A stretch of DNA of 63,912 nt, taken from assembly GCA_012959435.1 (NCBI GenBank), contig DUDF01000145.1, positions 1 to 63,912 on the forward strand, in the 5' to 3' direction. The notes below the pieces were generated by a model. That model worked only from the letters and a program-made list of their open reading frames with translations. It did no database searches and was not told where the DNA came from. This DNA comes from Candidatus Poseidoniales archaeon. Its GTDB lineage: Archaea > Thermoplasmatota > Poseidoniia > Poseidoniales > Thalassarchaeaceae. Position 1 is the first letter of the stretch. Every line of letters begins with the position of its first letter. Shown here piece after piece: positions 48,540 through 59,009 of this stretch. Position numbers and translations under genes: made by a program.

Positions 48540-49475
48540 TCAGATTCTATTGAGCCGGCGCGCTACTTCATTTTGGTCCAATTTCCAAGTAACTGCCAAC
48601 AAGCCAAATAATGCTGGAATTAGCGCTAATGAAGGTGGGTCAAGCAAAACCAGCATCGGTAATGTGAGTAGTAGCAATAACGACGCAAACCACGTTGAAG
48701 ATACTGCAAGTCGTGAAGTAATCGGGGTTTTCCCTTCGCCTCTAACATACCAATCCCATCCCCTACGCCATAACCCCGTTAACAGTAGAAACGAAATTTG
48801 TGGCAAAAACTTGAAGACTTTAATCCCCGACTTTTCGTCACGATAAACTGATTTTACCGGTACTGATTCAAAAGGTATTGAATCAGCACCAATATTGAGT
48901 AACCACCAATTTGGATATCCATATCCTTGCCACTCGCTAACCCAATCCCATTGCCGCAATGCATCAACAGTAACTGCAGTGTAACCACACTGTGGGTCAT
49001 TCACCTCACGACCACTAGCGAGAGAGGTTAGTTTTCCCAACACCCATGAGCCAAGACGCCTATTTTTCGGCATCTCCCCTAACCCTTCGTGGTGTGAGAA
49101 ACGATCACCCTTGACAAACGGCACTCTTGTCAAAGGAGCGAGTAGATTGTCAATATCCAGTGGGTCCATTTGTCCATCACCTGCCATTACCACAACCGCC
49201 CAGTCACTAGTGCTAACATTATCAGCGTCCAACTGAGAAATCACCTCTGCGTAACCTCGAGCGATTGCCCCTCCTACTCCAAGGCCAGTGGTTTTGACGA
49301 TTTTCCCAAACTCAGGAAGTACTGAGGTGGCCTTTTGATATGTCAAATCCGTTGAGCCATCATCTACTACTATCAGTGAATCTACCCATGGTGGTACGGA
49401 TTTGATTGCTGACTCTATTTGCAGTTGTTCATTGAATGCAGGCATTACTACTGCCACCCGCCATCCGTTGCGCAT
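48540..49475 (-). CDS. Glycosyltransferase family 2
   Basis: MPAFNE, VDDGSTD, MAGDGQMDP and DPQCGYTA motifs. Confidence 0.92.
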   Translation of the reverse strand: MRNGWRVAVVMPAFNEQLQIESAIKSVPPWVDSLIVVDDGSTDLTYQKATSVLPEFGKIVKTTGLGVGGAIARGYAEVISQLDADNVSTSDWAVVVMAGDGQMDPLDIDNLLAPLTRVPFVKGDRFSHHEGLGEMPKNRRLGSWVLGKLTSLASGREVNDPQCGYTAVTVDALRQWDWVSEWQGYGYPNWWLLNIGADSIPFESVPVKSVYRDEKSGIKVFKFLPQISFLLLTGLWRRGWDWYVRGEGKTPITSRLAVSSTWFASLLLLLTLPMLVLLDPPSLALIPALFGLLAVTWKLDQNEVARRLNRI

Positions 49476-49580
49476 TAATTCGGTGGCGGCGGAGACGGTC
49501 TTTCAATGAGTTCCACCTTTTTGCCACTTAACAAGGCGAATCATTAACCCTTAGACCGGCGCGACGAAGAGTTGGGAAGC

Positions 49581-50417
49581 ATGCGATTAGTGTTTGTTGC
49601 TCGGGAACAATCGCTTCGCCTCGGCTCTGCTGTTAGCCGAGGTATTGATTTTGTAGACGAGGTCGTTGTCATCTCCTTGGGTGAAGATGAAAAACAACGT
49701 GAGATGGTTGAGAAAGCAGGGGGGATATTTGTGGTCCATGATGGCCCACCTCATGCTCCAAGCATAGCTCGCACCCTACTTGCAATGGACTTGCCTGAAA
49801 CTGATAATACAGTTGCAATCGGACTAGACAAGGATTGGAAACTGAAGAACCTCCCGCGGCACATTGCTCTAGCTCGTAGCCGAAATGACATCTATATCGC
49901 CTTCAAACATAGAAGCGTAAATCAACGTACTGAGAACGTCCCTGATTCAAATGAAGTGATTACAATCGCTTCGTATTCATATGAAGATGCTGCGATTTCT
50001 GTTTGTGCCTTCACCAAAGACGGGTTACGAGCACTCTCAAAAGCGAATGATAGTGGCAAGCCTGCTGATCTCCCGCGCGAACTTAGAGTTAGAATTATTG
50101 AATTGGATCACACGCCAGTTCGCAAAGAATTGGAATCGTTGACAAGTGCCTCGCGTTTTGCACAACTATTCTACTGGATGCTTGAATCTAAACACCCTCT
50201 TATTGTTCTTGGAATGCCTGGTATTATTTTCTTCACTGTAGGGTACAAGATGGCCACTGCATTGATTGATGTTGGCGGTCCCCATGATACTGTCGGCATT
50301 GGGGTTGCATTAGCGGCCTTCGCTGTCACCTTCATAGGCGTACTCTCTTTGGTTTCAGGCCTAGTGCTCTACATACTTGGAAAACAAATTGACAAAGTTC
50401 AACTTGAGTATTCTTAG
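49581..50417 (+). CDS. Degenerate GT2-like membrane protein
   Basis: Same architecture as the 31016 GT2 (FVDEVVV; C-terminal KHPL...G.PG plus 2 TMs) but lacks DDG/DxD motifs. Confidence 0.6.
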   Translation: MRLVFVAREQSLRLGSAVSRGIDFVDEVVVISLGEDEKQREMVEKAGGIFVVHDGPPHAPSIARTLLAMDLPETDNTVAIGLDKDWKLKNLPRHIALARSRNDIYIAFKHRSVNQRTENVPDSNEVITIASYSYEDAAISVCAFTKDGLRALSKANDSGKPADLPRELRVRIIELDHTPVRKELESLTSASRFAQLFYWMLESKHPLIVLGMPGIIFFTVGYKMATALIDVGGPHDTVGIGVALAAFAVTFIGVLSLVSGLVLYILGKQIDKVQLEYS

Positions 50418-52325
50418 TTAGGCTAAACGGATTGTCTCTAAGTTTGAAGGTGCGACGGTTCGAATCCGGTAAGTCTCATGCAATGCTTTCCGGAACTGAC
50501 TAGATATCTTTGGATCACCATGGTGAACAATAATGAACTTTGGTTTTGGATTCATCTGGTTTACATATTCCATGAGTTGACGTCGGTCTGAGTGACCACT
50601 CATTCCATCAATGATGATTAAATCACACTCGACTCTGACCATTTCAGTTCCCCGGCCCCCATCGCTAATTGGTACATCTTTGAAGCCATCTTTGAGGCGT
50701 CGGCCAAGTGTACCTTCTGCTTGATAACCAACAAAACAAAGGGTGTTGAGGCGTTCTCCACACCAATTTCTCAAGTATTCAATTATCGGGCCACCTGACA
50801 TCATTCCACTAGTTGCTAAAACAATGCAAGGACGTGGGTTGTTGATGATTGATTCTCGTTGGTCTCTACTCTCAACCTTCCTGAACCATTTAGACGAAAA
50901 TGGGTTAGACCCGTCATCTTTCAAGACTGATTGACGTAATTCTTGGTTCAAATAATCAGGATGCATTGCATGAATTGCAGTTGCCTCTTGGATCATTCCA
51001 TCAAGCCAAACTGGAACGGGTTCACACTCCCCAGACTTGAATAATTGGTCAATCGCAATCATCAATTCTTGACTTCTGCCAACTGCGAATACAGGGCAGA
51101 ATACTTTACCACCACGACTTAGAACTCGTTTCATCATATCTTGCAATTCTTGAGTCGCTTCTAACCGCGACGGTTGGAATGATTTTGGCCCACCATATGT
51201 AGATTCAATAACCAATGTTTCTACTCTCGGGAAACGGACATTTGCAGCATCATAAAGCCACGATTTTTCGTATTTAATGTCTCCACTAATTACCAAATTA
51301 TGCAACCCTTCCCCAATATGCATATGCACAGAGGAGGAGCCAAGAATGTGGCCTGCATTATACAGAGTCATCTTAATGTCAGGTGAGATATCAGTAGTTT
51401 GATTCCAATCAACATCTACAACATGTAGCATCATTGTTTGAACATCTTCTAATGTGTAAGGTGGTTGTCTTCCTTCTGACTGGGCTACCTTAATGAAATC
51501 CAATTGCAACAATAGCATTAGGTCACGAGTTGGTGGAGTACAATAAACTGGACCACGATATCCGTACTTGAATAATACCGGTAACATACCGATATGGTCT
51601 AAGTGAGCATGCGTAATCACTACAGCATCAATTTTCTCCGGTGGAAGTAATTCTGGTGCTGAAAAATAAGGCATAGAAGTTTCTTCACGCCCAGGCTTCG
51701 CACCACAATCAATGACTACTCGACTTTCGTTAGTAGTTATCAGATGCATTGCACGACCAACTTCCCCGTATGCCCCTAGAGCAGTCAGCCTAACCCACGA
51801 TTCACCAGGCCTCTTTGGCCGGTAGATGTTGTTTCCAAAACGACGTAACGCCTTCTTACGGTCGGTTGAATTGTCCATTCTGAATCTCCGAATGTCGGTA
51901 GATGTCCTGCTGTCCATACGAGATGAGCGGATTATATTGGTGTGCCACCCGATTTTGTCTCTGACTTCTTTGAGATGTACGCCCCTCTTTCCTACTGCTA
52001 ATGCAGGGTCCTTACACTCAATTGTGCACTCTCCAATAGCAGGGTCAAACCAGATATTCATTACTAGAGAATCTTTTGGAATTGTTTTCTTAATTAATTC
52101 CTGAGCATCTCTTGGATTCATCAAAATAGATTCATGGGGCCTAACGATAATTCGTCTCTTTATCGTCTTAGCCATCTCACCAATCATGGAATTGTTGAAT
52201 TTTTCTGGAGTTTTTGTGACAATCGCTATGCTAGCCGCTTCTAAATCAAATTCATAATCCGCGTCACTAGGCATCATCTCTAGCAACTTCTCTCTGATTT
52301 CCTTAAAGGTCAATCTCATTTTCAC
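50418..52325 (-). CDS. Beta-CASP ribonuclease aCPSF1 (FttA), transcription termination factor
   Basis: N-terminal KH domains; THAHLDHIG, AGHILGS, ESTYG, AVGRSQE and SGHSD motifs; adjacent to proteasome beta. Confidence 0.95.
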   Translation of the reverse strand: MKMRLTFKEIREKLLEMMPSDADYEFDLEAASIAIVTKTPEKFNNSMIGEMAKTIKRRIIVRPHESILMNPRDAQELIKKTIPKDSLVMNIWFDPAIGECTIECKDPALAVGKRGVHLKEVRDKIGWHTNIIRSSRMDSRTSTDIRRFRMDNSTDRKKALRRFGNNIYRPKRPGESWVRLTALGAYGEVGRAMHLITTNESRVVIDCGAKPGREETSMPYFSAPELLPPEKIDAVVITHAHLDHIGMLPVLFKYGYRGPVYCTPPTRDLMLLLQLDFIKVAQSEGRQPPYTLEDVQTMMLHVVDVDWNQTTDISPDIKMTLYNAGHILGSSSVHMHIGEGLHNLVISGDIKYEKSWLYDAANVRFPRVETLVIESTYGGPKSFQPSRLEATQELQDMMKRVLSRGGKVFCPVFAVGRSQELMIAIDQLFKSGECEPVPVWLDGMIQEATAIHAMHPDYLNQELRQSVLKDDGSNPFSSKWFRKVESRDQRESIINNPRPCIVLATSGMMSGGPIIEYLRNWCGERLNTLCFVGYQAEGTLGRRLKDGFKDVPISDGGRGTEMVRVECDLIIIDGMSGHSDRRQLMEYVNQMNPKPKFIIVHHGDPKISSQFRKALHETYRIRTVAPSNLETIRLA

Positions 52326-52417
52326 ACCTCGTAGTGTTTACTGTATCCCGCAGTTTACCGGCTTCCTCAAAACAGAGGGTGATGGCAGTTTAACTGCCGG
52401 GAATCTAATGTCAATTC

Positions 52418-53044
52418 TCAAATAGAGTTGATTAGTTTCAACTTTTGTGCTTCAGTGAGTAAAGTAAATCCTTTGTCCATGGTGATAACACAGAGATCCA
52501 TACCATTTCCACTAGCCGCATCTCTTTGAGCTGATGCCAAAAGTGCCTTTGCGGCGACTTTCAATGCCTCATTCTCCGTCATTCCGTCTTTGTATTGGTC
52601 TTCTAAAACCCCGTACATGTATGGTGAACCTGAGCCTGTGGCACAGTAAGTGTCTGATATGGAGCCACCAGCGGAATCGATTGAGTATACATGGCTACCA
52701 TCAACGTCCACTCCTGCAATCAATAATTGAACCCAATAAGGCCTGCCACCGAGAATATTTGCAGTCAGAGTTGAAGCTGCTTCCACCTTCATCATTCCTC
52801 CTCGCTTCATCTCATAAATGGCTATTTCAGCAGCCAAAACACGAGAAAGGACTTGAGCGTGGCCAACTAGACCAGCAGTTGTGAGAGCGATATTATCTGC
52901 AATTGCGAATAGCTTCTGTACATTTTTGTTGGCTACAAAGTGGCCCATAGTTGCTCGGTGATCTGCACCCACAACTACTCCGCCGTCAAAGCATATCCCA
53001 ATAGTACTAGTTCCCGTCTTCAATGCCGTCATCTCTGCGTCCAT
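52418..53044 (-). CDS. psmB: Proteasome subunit beta
   Basis: Propeptide ...LKTG|TSTIG, ADHRATMG, TGSGS and RDAASG motifs. Confidence 0.95.
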   Translation of the reverse strand: MDAEMTALKTGTSTIGICFDGGVVVGADHRATMGHFVANKNVQKLFAIADNIALTTAGLVGHAQVLSRVLAAEIAIYEMKRGGMMKVEAASTLTANILGGRPYWVQLLIAGVDVDGSHVYSIDSAGGSISDTYCATGSGSPYMYGVLEDQYKDGMTENEALKVAAKALLASAQRDAASGNGMDLCVITMDKGFTLLTEAQKLKLINSI

Positions 53045-53212
53045 GTCATTACCTCCCAATCGCCCGTTCTTGAACATTCGCACGAAGCAGAATCCCCGCT
53101 TCGGCATAGAGGGCGAAATATCGGCCCCTTATCAACCCGACTAAACCTAACCACCCACTTACCACATCAAAACAGGAAATTGGTTATGTGGAAAGCCCTT
53201 CACCGATGAATA

Positions 53213-53638
53213 GTGGAAATGACCGAGGATGATAGAGACGGGCCCCGCTGGATTGACATCCCCAGTACCTCTGAAGGCGATATGCCACGCCCAGAACCAG
53301 GGCAACTTTACCATGACTTGGGCTCACTATACCCCGATGCACCGGTGCCTCGGATAGACGGTGAATTAGTCATCCGCAGAGCAGTGTTACACGATGTGAC
53401 TGGTTTAGATGACATATTCAATTGGGCTGCAGAGGGAGAAGTAGTAATTGTTGAATTGGGAAAAATCATAGACAGAGGTTTTGAATTTGAGACTGCAATT
53501 GAACAAATCTCAAACTTCATTGTCAAAGATGTAGGTGGCTCTCTCGTCCAACTTGGGGAAAACCGGGTTCTTGTTCTACCTCCAGGTGTAAGTGGTGTAT
53601 CTGGCCTAGAAAAAGAATCATTCGAACACTCTCCGTGA
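53213..53638 (+). CDS. sepF: Cell division protein SepF (archaeal)
   Basis: EGEVVIVEL...VGGSLVQLGENRVLVLPPGV; conserved position next to ZPR1. Confidence 0.8.
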   Translation: MEMTEDDRDGPRWIDIPSTSEGDMPRPEPGQLYHDLGSLYPDAPVPRIDGELVIRRAVLHDVTGLDDIFNWAAEGEVVIVELGKIIDRGFEFETAIEQISNFIVKDVGGSLVQLGENRVLVLPPGVSGVSGLEKESFEHSP

Positions 53639-53647
53639 GGTGAAAAG

Positions 53648-54268
53648 GTGGAAAGTGAGATTAATTTACCATGCCCTACTTGTAAGTCAGAAGGTAGTTT
53701 GAAACTCCTATCAATGTCATCTGAAATACCTTACTTTGGTGAGCACACTCAGATCACACTTAGTTGCGATAAATGTGGGATGCGACAAACTGATTTCATA
53801 CCATCAGAAGAACGGGGGGCACTCTCATTCACTTTGTCTATAGAAAAAGATGAGCACTTACAAGCGCGAATTGTAAGGGGTTCTTCTGGCACCGTTAGAA
53901 TACCTGAATTAGATTTAGAAGTATCCCCTGGGACTCAATCCACAGGATACGTTTCAAATGTTGAAGGCGTAGTAAATCGATTTATTGACATCATTCGTAT
54001 GATGATGCGACAAATACGTACTGACATTGAGGGTGGAGAAAATGATGACGAGCAAAATTTAGAGAAATTGTTTCAACTTGAAATGGCTCTAACAGCACTG
54101 GCTAAAGGTGAATTACTTGGCGACCTTTCTCTAGAAATACTTGACCCTAAAGGACATAGCATTATTGGCCACGATGATGCAATCAAAAGGGCATTGTCTG
54201 TTGAAGAGATTGCCCTACTTGACCCCGGCCCAGCGCCCATCATCATGAGTTCAGAAGATGTAAAGTGA
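53648..54268 (+). CDS. ZPR1 zinc-finger protein
   Basis: CPTC...IPYFGE...CDKCG, IPEL.LEV.PG, NVEG and LDPKGHS motifs. Confidence 0.93.
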   Translation: MESEINLPCPTCKSEGSLKLLSMSSEIPYFGEHTQITLSCDKCGMRQTDFIPSEERGALSFTLSIEKDEHLQARIVRGSSGTVRIPELDLEVSPGTQSTGYVSNVEGVVNRFIDIIRMMMRQIRTDIEGGENDDEQNLEKLFQLEMALTALAKGELLGDLSLEILDPKGHSIIGHDDAIKRALSVEEIALLDPGPAPIIMSSEDVK

Positions 54269-54269
54269 A

Positions 54270-55655
54270 CTAAAGACGCGCATCGGCCGCTAAGAAATCA
54301 TCAACAATATGCGCTGTTTGTTGCCGCATCTCACCAAGATGGCTGAGATATTCGCTGGCCTTGTCAATACAAATTTGTTTCATTTGACCTGTGAGAATCT
54401 CTCCAGAGCGGTAACCAGTTTCAACTTCTGCGAGGGCGTCATCATCATCTTCGAAGAAATATCTCAGATATTGGAAAGCAACATCAACATCAGGATCACC
54501 TCCAAGTCGGCGGTGCTCTTCTAGAGTCGATTGCCCACCGGAAAATGAGGATTTGACTTTCTTTTCCATAGTTTGTACATCTTCAGTTAGGAAAATTGTT
54601 GTCTCCGGACGGCTTGATGACATTTTATCCCCAGTCATTCCGATTGCGAATTTATGGTAGGTGCTTGAAGGCTGTAGTAAACCAAGTCCACCCAATGAGC
54701 GCTCTAATTTCAGAAGTTCTGGCCGAATTAAATCTCGGTCTCTGCTAGTGGCTGCTGGAATCTCAATCGAACCGTGTTTCGGATTCGCACGAATGTCACT
54801 GAATCCAATATCACCTAATATTGCCGATAATTTTCCAAACACAGATTGCCGTACACCTTTGTCAATTCTGCCATCTGCGCCTATCCCTAGGGCTTGAGAA
54901 TTTTCATTCTGAACAGAAAGACCGATTACCAAGCCGCCCGATTTTCTAGTATTCACATTGAACCAGTTAGTCTTGCCAGCGAGGCCGCGCGTTAGTCTCA
55001 AGTGAGGATCTTGGTCTACACCAACGGGCACCACAATTGGCCTTAGGCCGCCGTATTCGTCAAGTTGAGGGTGCAAAATGTCACCGGCTTGTACCAATGG
55101 TGCCTGTACATGGGCAAGATTAGTTTCACCTTTGAAACCATAAATTGCTTCAAATTCGGACAAATTTGTTCTCTTCCCAAGAGTAAAACCTAGTCGTTGA
55201 ACTACAGGCCTTGTAGATTGAAAATAAACAGATGTATTTTCGACATCCAAACCCAATGCAGCATAATTTGCCACATACTCTTCTAGAGCTACTCGCCTGC
55301 ATTCATCCAGTGAAAGACCACGCGTGGCGTGGGCTTCTAAATCAGCCACAGCGATTGATACATCTGCACCTTGTTCTTGGAACCATTTTACTTGGTCTAT
55401 TACCATCTTATGACCAAGGTGCATCCTTCCTGATGGCATCAGCCCAGTTAGGACTCCGAATGGATTACCACTAGAGTGAGCATCTAAAATGAGATTTAAG
55501 TCGCGGTGAGCAAATACAATTCCTCTGCGATGCAACATGTGTGGATTGGGTAAAATAGAGTAGTCTACCGTTTCTAGACCAAATTGTTGGATGATTCTAG
55601 CATAGTCAGTGGACTGACTTGATGACCAAGGGTCAATTGAAACGTCTCCTGCCAT
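54270..55655 (-). CDS. trpS: Tryptophan--tRNA ligase
   Basis: GLMPSGRMHLGH, VGVDQDPH and KMSSS motifs. Confidence 0.95.
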   Translation of the reverse strand: MAGDVSIDPWSSSQSTDYARIIQQFGLETVDYSILPNPHMLHRRGIVFAHRDLNLILDAHSSGNPFGVLTGLMPSGRMHLGHKMVIDQVKWFQEQGADVSIAVADLEAHATRGLSLDECRRVALEEYVANYAALGLDVENTSVYFQSTRPVVQRLGFTLGKRTNLSEFEAIYGFKGETNLAHVQAPLVQAGDILHPQLDEYGGLRPIVVPVGVDQDPHLRLTRGLAGKTNWFNVNTRKSGGLVIGLSVQNENSQALGIGADGRIDKGVRQSVFGKLSAILGDIGFSDIRANPKHGSIEIPAATSRDRDLIRPELLKLERSLGGLGLLQPSSTYHKFAIGMTGDKMSSSRPETTIFLTEDVQTMEKKVKSSFSGGQSTLEEHRRLGGDPDVDVAFQYLRYFFEDDDDALAEVETGYRSGEILTGQMKQICIDKASEYLSHLGEMRQQTAHIVDDFLAADARL

Positions 55656-55766
55656 CTGTTCCCCGAACCGGTCTCGTAAGCATCAATGGCATGAATGCTA
55701 CGGCTGTAACGGCACGTAGAGAGTCATTGTTGAAATCAAATATACTAGCCACCCCTCACCTAAGAT

Positions 55767-56846
55767 ATGGCCAGCATTCTATCTTATGGTGCTGGACTTG
55801 TTGGTTCATTCATTTGTGATGAATTATCCAAGAGTGGACATGAAGTCACTGCTATTGCGCTAAATCATGATAAGGTGCCGATGTTGGAAAAAGTCAGAAA
55901 TAATCTGTCTTTTACATTAATTGAACAGGACGCTATCTCTCATTTAGAAGATTGCGAACTATCCGAATATGACCTAGTCCTCAACTTGCTTCCGGGTAGA
56001 ATTGGGGATTCTATCCGTGAATACTTGATTACTAATGGAGTGAAAGTCTGTGATTTAGCATTCTCAGATAATTCACCCGATAGGTTTGGCGAACTTGCAA
56101 AACAATCGGGGGCATCAATGATTCACGATTGTGGAATTGCCCCCGGTGTGTCAAATATGGTTGTAATCTCAGAACAAAAAGGAGTACCACCTCTAAAATC
56201 AGTAAAAATTCGCGTTGGTGGAAACCCCCTCGAACTTGATTCAGAATGGAGTTATTGCGCCCCCTTCTCACCAACAGACGTTATTGAAGAATATACTCGA
56301 CCTGCAAGAATCCGGATAGATGGCGAAGAAAAGGAAGTACCTGCGATTACTGACCGCCACATGTTCATCGCTGGGAACCACGGAGAAATGGAGGCTTTCC
56401 TCACAGACGGGTTGCGAACACTGCTAACCAACCCTGAGATAACTTGTGAGTCGTTATCAGAATACACTGTACGCTGGCCAGGGCACATCAAAAAGTTCCT
56501 TGACTTACGAACTAGCGGAGAACTGGATGAACTATCACTTGTACAAGAATGGGCTTACACCACCAATAGGTCAGAGTTTACTTACATGGACATTACCATC
56601 ACCCCAAACAAGGGACCAGTAGTTCGTTGGGAGTTTGATATCCCGGGAGTTAATGAATCGCTTGATAGGTTGTGGCCTTCAATGGCGATAGCAACTGGGA
56701 TTCCGTTTTTGGTTGCTTGTGAAGCTTTGCTAGAGGGGAGAATTGAAGGTATTCAATCACCAGATAATTACTACTCTGATTTAGATGTGATCATAACTCG
56801 TCTAAGAGAAGTTGGTGCTGAGATAACCCGAACAGAATTGAAATGA
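55767..56846 (+). CDS. Saccharopine dehydrogenase / lysine 6-dehydrogenase family oxidoreductase
   Basis: GAGLVG, DCGIAPGVSN, VGG.P, EEYTRPAR, EAFLTDGLRTL and RWPGH motifs. Confidence 0.88.
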   Translation: MASILSYGAGLVGSFICDELSKSGHEVTAIALNHDKVPMLEKVRNNLSFTLIEQDAISHLEDCELSEYDLVLNLLPGRIGDSIREYLITNGVKVCDLAFSDNSPDRFGELAKQSGASMIHDCGIAPGVSNMVVISEQKGVPPLKSVKIRVGGNPLELDSEWSYCAPFSPTDVIEEYTRPARIRIDGEEKEVPAITDRHMFIAGNHGEMEAFLTDGLRTLLTNPEITCESLSEYTVRWPGHIKKFLDLRTSGELDELSLVQEWAYTTNRSEFTYMDITITPNKGPVVRWEFDIPGVNESLDRLWPSMAIATGIPFLVACEALLEGRIEGIQSPDNYYSDLDVIITRLREVGAEITRTELK

Positions 56847-56891
56847 AGTCATATAAATATTGACCATATAATATGATTATTGCCATGGACT

Positions 56892-58067
56892 TTATTCTTC
56901 TTCGAATTTTAGATTATCTAAAGTATCCAAAACTGCAACTGCTTGCTGAACGCGACGGTCATTTTTCACTAACCAAATAATAGCGACCGGAGCACATAAT
57001 GCAACAATTACTGCAAGAGTCGGAAGTATCCAACCATATTGAGCCACTTCACGCGGCTCAACTAGCCAAGTGAATCTCATTGGGGTATCAGTCCAACGTT
57101 TAGACCAGTCAAACAAATCATCGGTGTGGATTCCCGCAACTGTGATAGCAACTGTATGGCAATTGAAACGGTCACAAGTTTGTTGGCTGGTATCAGGATT
57201 TGTTGAAGTATCAAAAACAATGCTAACTTGTTGCCCCGGCATCAAGGATAAAATTAGGCTATTATTCTCTTGACGCCAACCGGTTTGCAAATGAGGAGAA
57301 TTGATTTCTAATTCATCTAACGCAATATCGTCATAATTCACTGAAACAACATCGGCATTGATGTTTGAGAATTTGTTTGTTATAGGAACAGCCCAATACA
57401 CTCCAGTGCTTGAAATTGAATCACTTTCAAATGTCACTAACCATGAATCAGATGATGAATTATCTAATGAGAATTGGCTTTTTGTGGCTTGATAAGATGC
57501 GTGCTCGCCCCATGTCGAAAACCATGCTGTTGTTGATTCTATAGAAGTTACCAATTCTGAATTAGGGCGAACAACCACGTCGTGGTCGCGCGCTAGCCAG
57601 TAAAAATTAATCATGGGTACTCCATCTTCAATTAATGCTTGAAAGTCCTCAACTGTTTGCCTATTCTTTTCCAATGAACCACCATTATATGATAAATTTT
57701 CGATTTCAGAATTAAGTGGATAGATTTGTTGATCTAAAACTGCAAACCCTGCTGAAATTATTGCTTCAGAATCAATTTCATCTAACCTTTCAGAATCAAT
57801 GCCTAATGAAATTGGATTGACCCCCCATTTTGAGGCATTAATTCGCTCTGTGAGATAATCCCTACACTGAGATATTTCTAATTCGTAATCGGATGTTTCA
57901 CTACCAGCCATCCCATGGCAACCAAATTCATCACCTAGTTCTAGCCTTTCTGGCCCAATTATTATAGTGAGCCAAGTATCTTCTTCCCATTCTGCAGTAA
58001 CTGGCGCACAAAGGGGGAGTATGAGTAACCCCAACAAAGTGAGTGCCACTACCCGCCTTGTGAGCAT
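56892..58067 (-). CDS. Secreted membrane-anchored hypothetical protein
   Basis: Signal peptide and C-terminal TM; no family recognised. Confidence 0.72.
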   Translation of the reverse strand: MLTRRVVALTLLGLLILPLCAPVTAEWEEDTWLTIIIGPERLELGDEFGCHGMAGSETSDYELEISQCRDYLTERINASKWGVNPISLGIDSERLDEIDSEAIISAGFAVLDQQIYPLNSEIENLSYNGGSLEKNRQTVEDFQALIEDGVPMINFYWLARDHDVVVRPNSELVTSIESTTAWFSTWGEHASYQATKSQFSLDNSSSDSWLVTFESDSISSTGVYWAVPITNKFSNINADVVSVNYDDIALDELEINSPHLQTGWRQENNSLILSLMPGQQVSIVFDTSTNPDTSQQTCDRFNCHTVAITVAGIHTDDLFDWSKRWTDTPMRFTWLVEPREVAQYGWILPTLAVIVALCAPVAIIWLVKNDRRVQQAVAVLDTLDNLKFEEE

Positions 58068-58158
58068 GTATCACCCCACCCACCACCCTTTCAAGAATAG
58101 CGCGGTCGGGACTCTTGGCCCAATAACCATGAAAACCCCCAAGCGAGACGGATGGGGT

Positions 58159-58938
58159 ATGGGTGATTTGAGTGCTGATGGTCGCGCTCGTTTGGCTAAA
58201 CTCACGGCGGTAGAGCCTGCGAATCGCCCTTTACCCCCTACGCCACTGTACAGCGGCTTGCTAAACTTCGTTTTCCCGCTCATCAATATCGTCACTAGAT
58301 TGAAGATTTCTGGGATGGAACACATACCTCGAACAGGTCCATTGATAGTTGCTGCTAACCACCTTTCACATGTTGACCCTGTTCTCGCAATTTTTAGTTC
58401 AAGAAGAAAATTGTTTTATTTGGCAAAAAATGAACACTTTAGCAAACCAGGTTGGAGACAATTGATGCTTGCTACTGGCCAAGTCGAGACTGACCGACAG
58501 AAAGGTGGGGATGATGCAATCGCTCGGGCTGCAGATGTATTAGCAGCTGGAATGCCACTTGGCATCTTTCCTGAAGGGACGCGGTCTAGGAACGCCTCTC
58601 CACCATATCTCAGCCGAGGGAAAACCGGCATTGCTAGAATAGCAGCAGCCTTTCCTGACACTCCAGTCGTCTTTTGCGGGATAAATGGTGCAAGGGATAT
58701 CCTAGCACCTGGTGAGCCATTTCTGCCCAAAACTTGGAAACGTACTGAACTAAAGTTTGCTAGCCCAATAACTTGGAATGAGTGGGCTAGCCATGATGAT
58801 GGCGCAAATTTAGATGACGACACAGTAGCAGAAATTGAGGGGATGTCTGATAAAAAACGCCGAGAAGAACTTGGTAAATTATACCGCCAATTTACTAACC
58901 AAAGTATCGCAACTATCGCTGCACTAGGTGCGCCATGA
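58159..58938 (+). CDS. Lysophospholipid acyltransferase (PlsC family)
   Basis: NHLSHVD (HX4D), LAK.E.F, IFPEGTRS and KTG motifs; alternative start at 58129. Confidence 0.9.
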   Translation: MGDLSADGRARLAKLTAVEPANRPLPPTPLYSGLLNFVFPLINIVTRLKISGMEHIPRTGPLIVAANHLSHVDPVLAIFSSRRKLFYLAKNEHFSKPGWRQLMLATGQVETDRQKGGDDAIARAADVLAAGMPLGIFPEGTRSRNASPPYLSRGKTGIARIAAAFPDTPVVFCGINGARDILAPGEPFLPKTWKRTELKFASPITWNEWASHDDGANLDDDTVAEIEGMSDKKRREELGKLYRQFTNQSIATIAALGAP

Positions 58939-59009
58939 ACCCCATGGAAGGGGAAAGTGAAGCGATTTGTTCTTAGTGCGTCAATTCCCCCCTTGATGCC
59001 GGCGTCAGC

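Noticed and set aside
58951..58962. GGGAAAGTGAAG upstream of thyA as a fourth regulon box
   Set aside because: Single, mismatched and in the opposite orientation. Similar partial hits at about 3710 and 57421 are inside genes.
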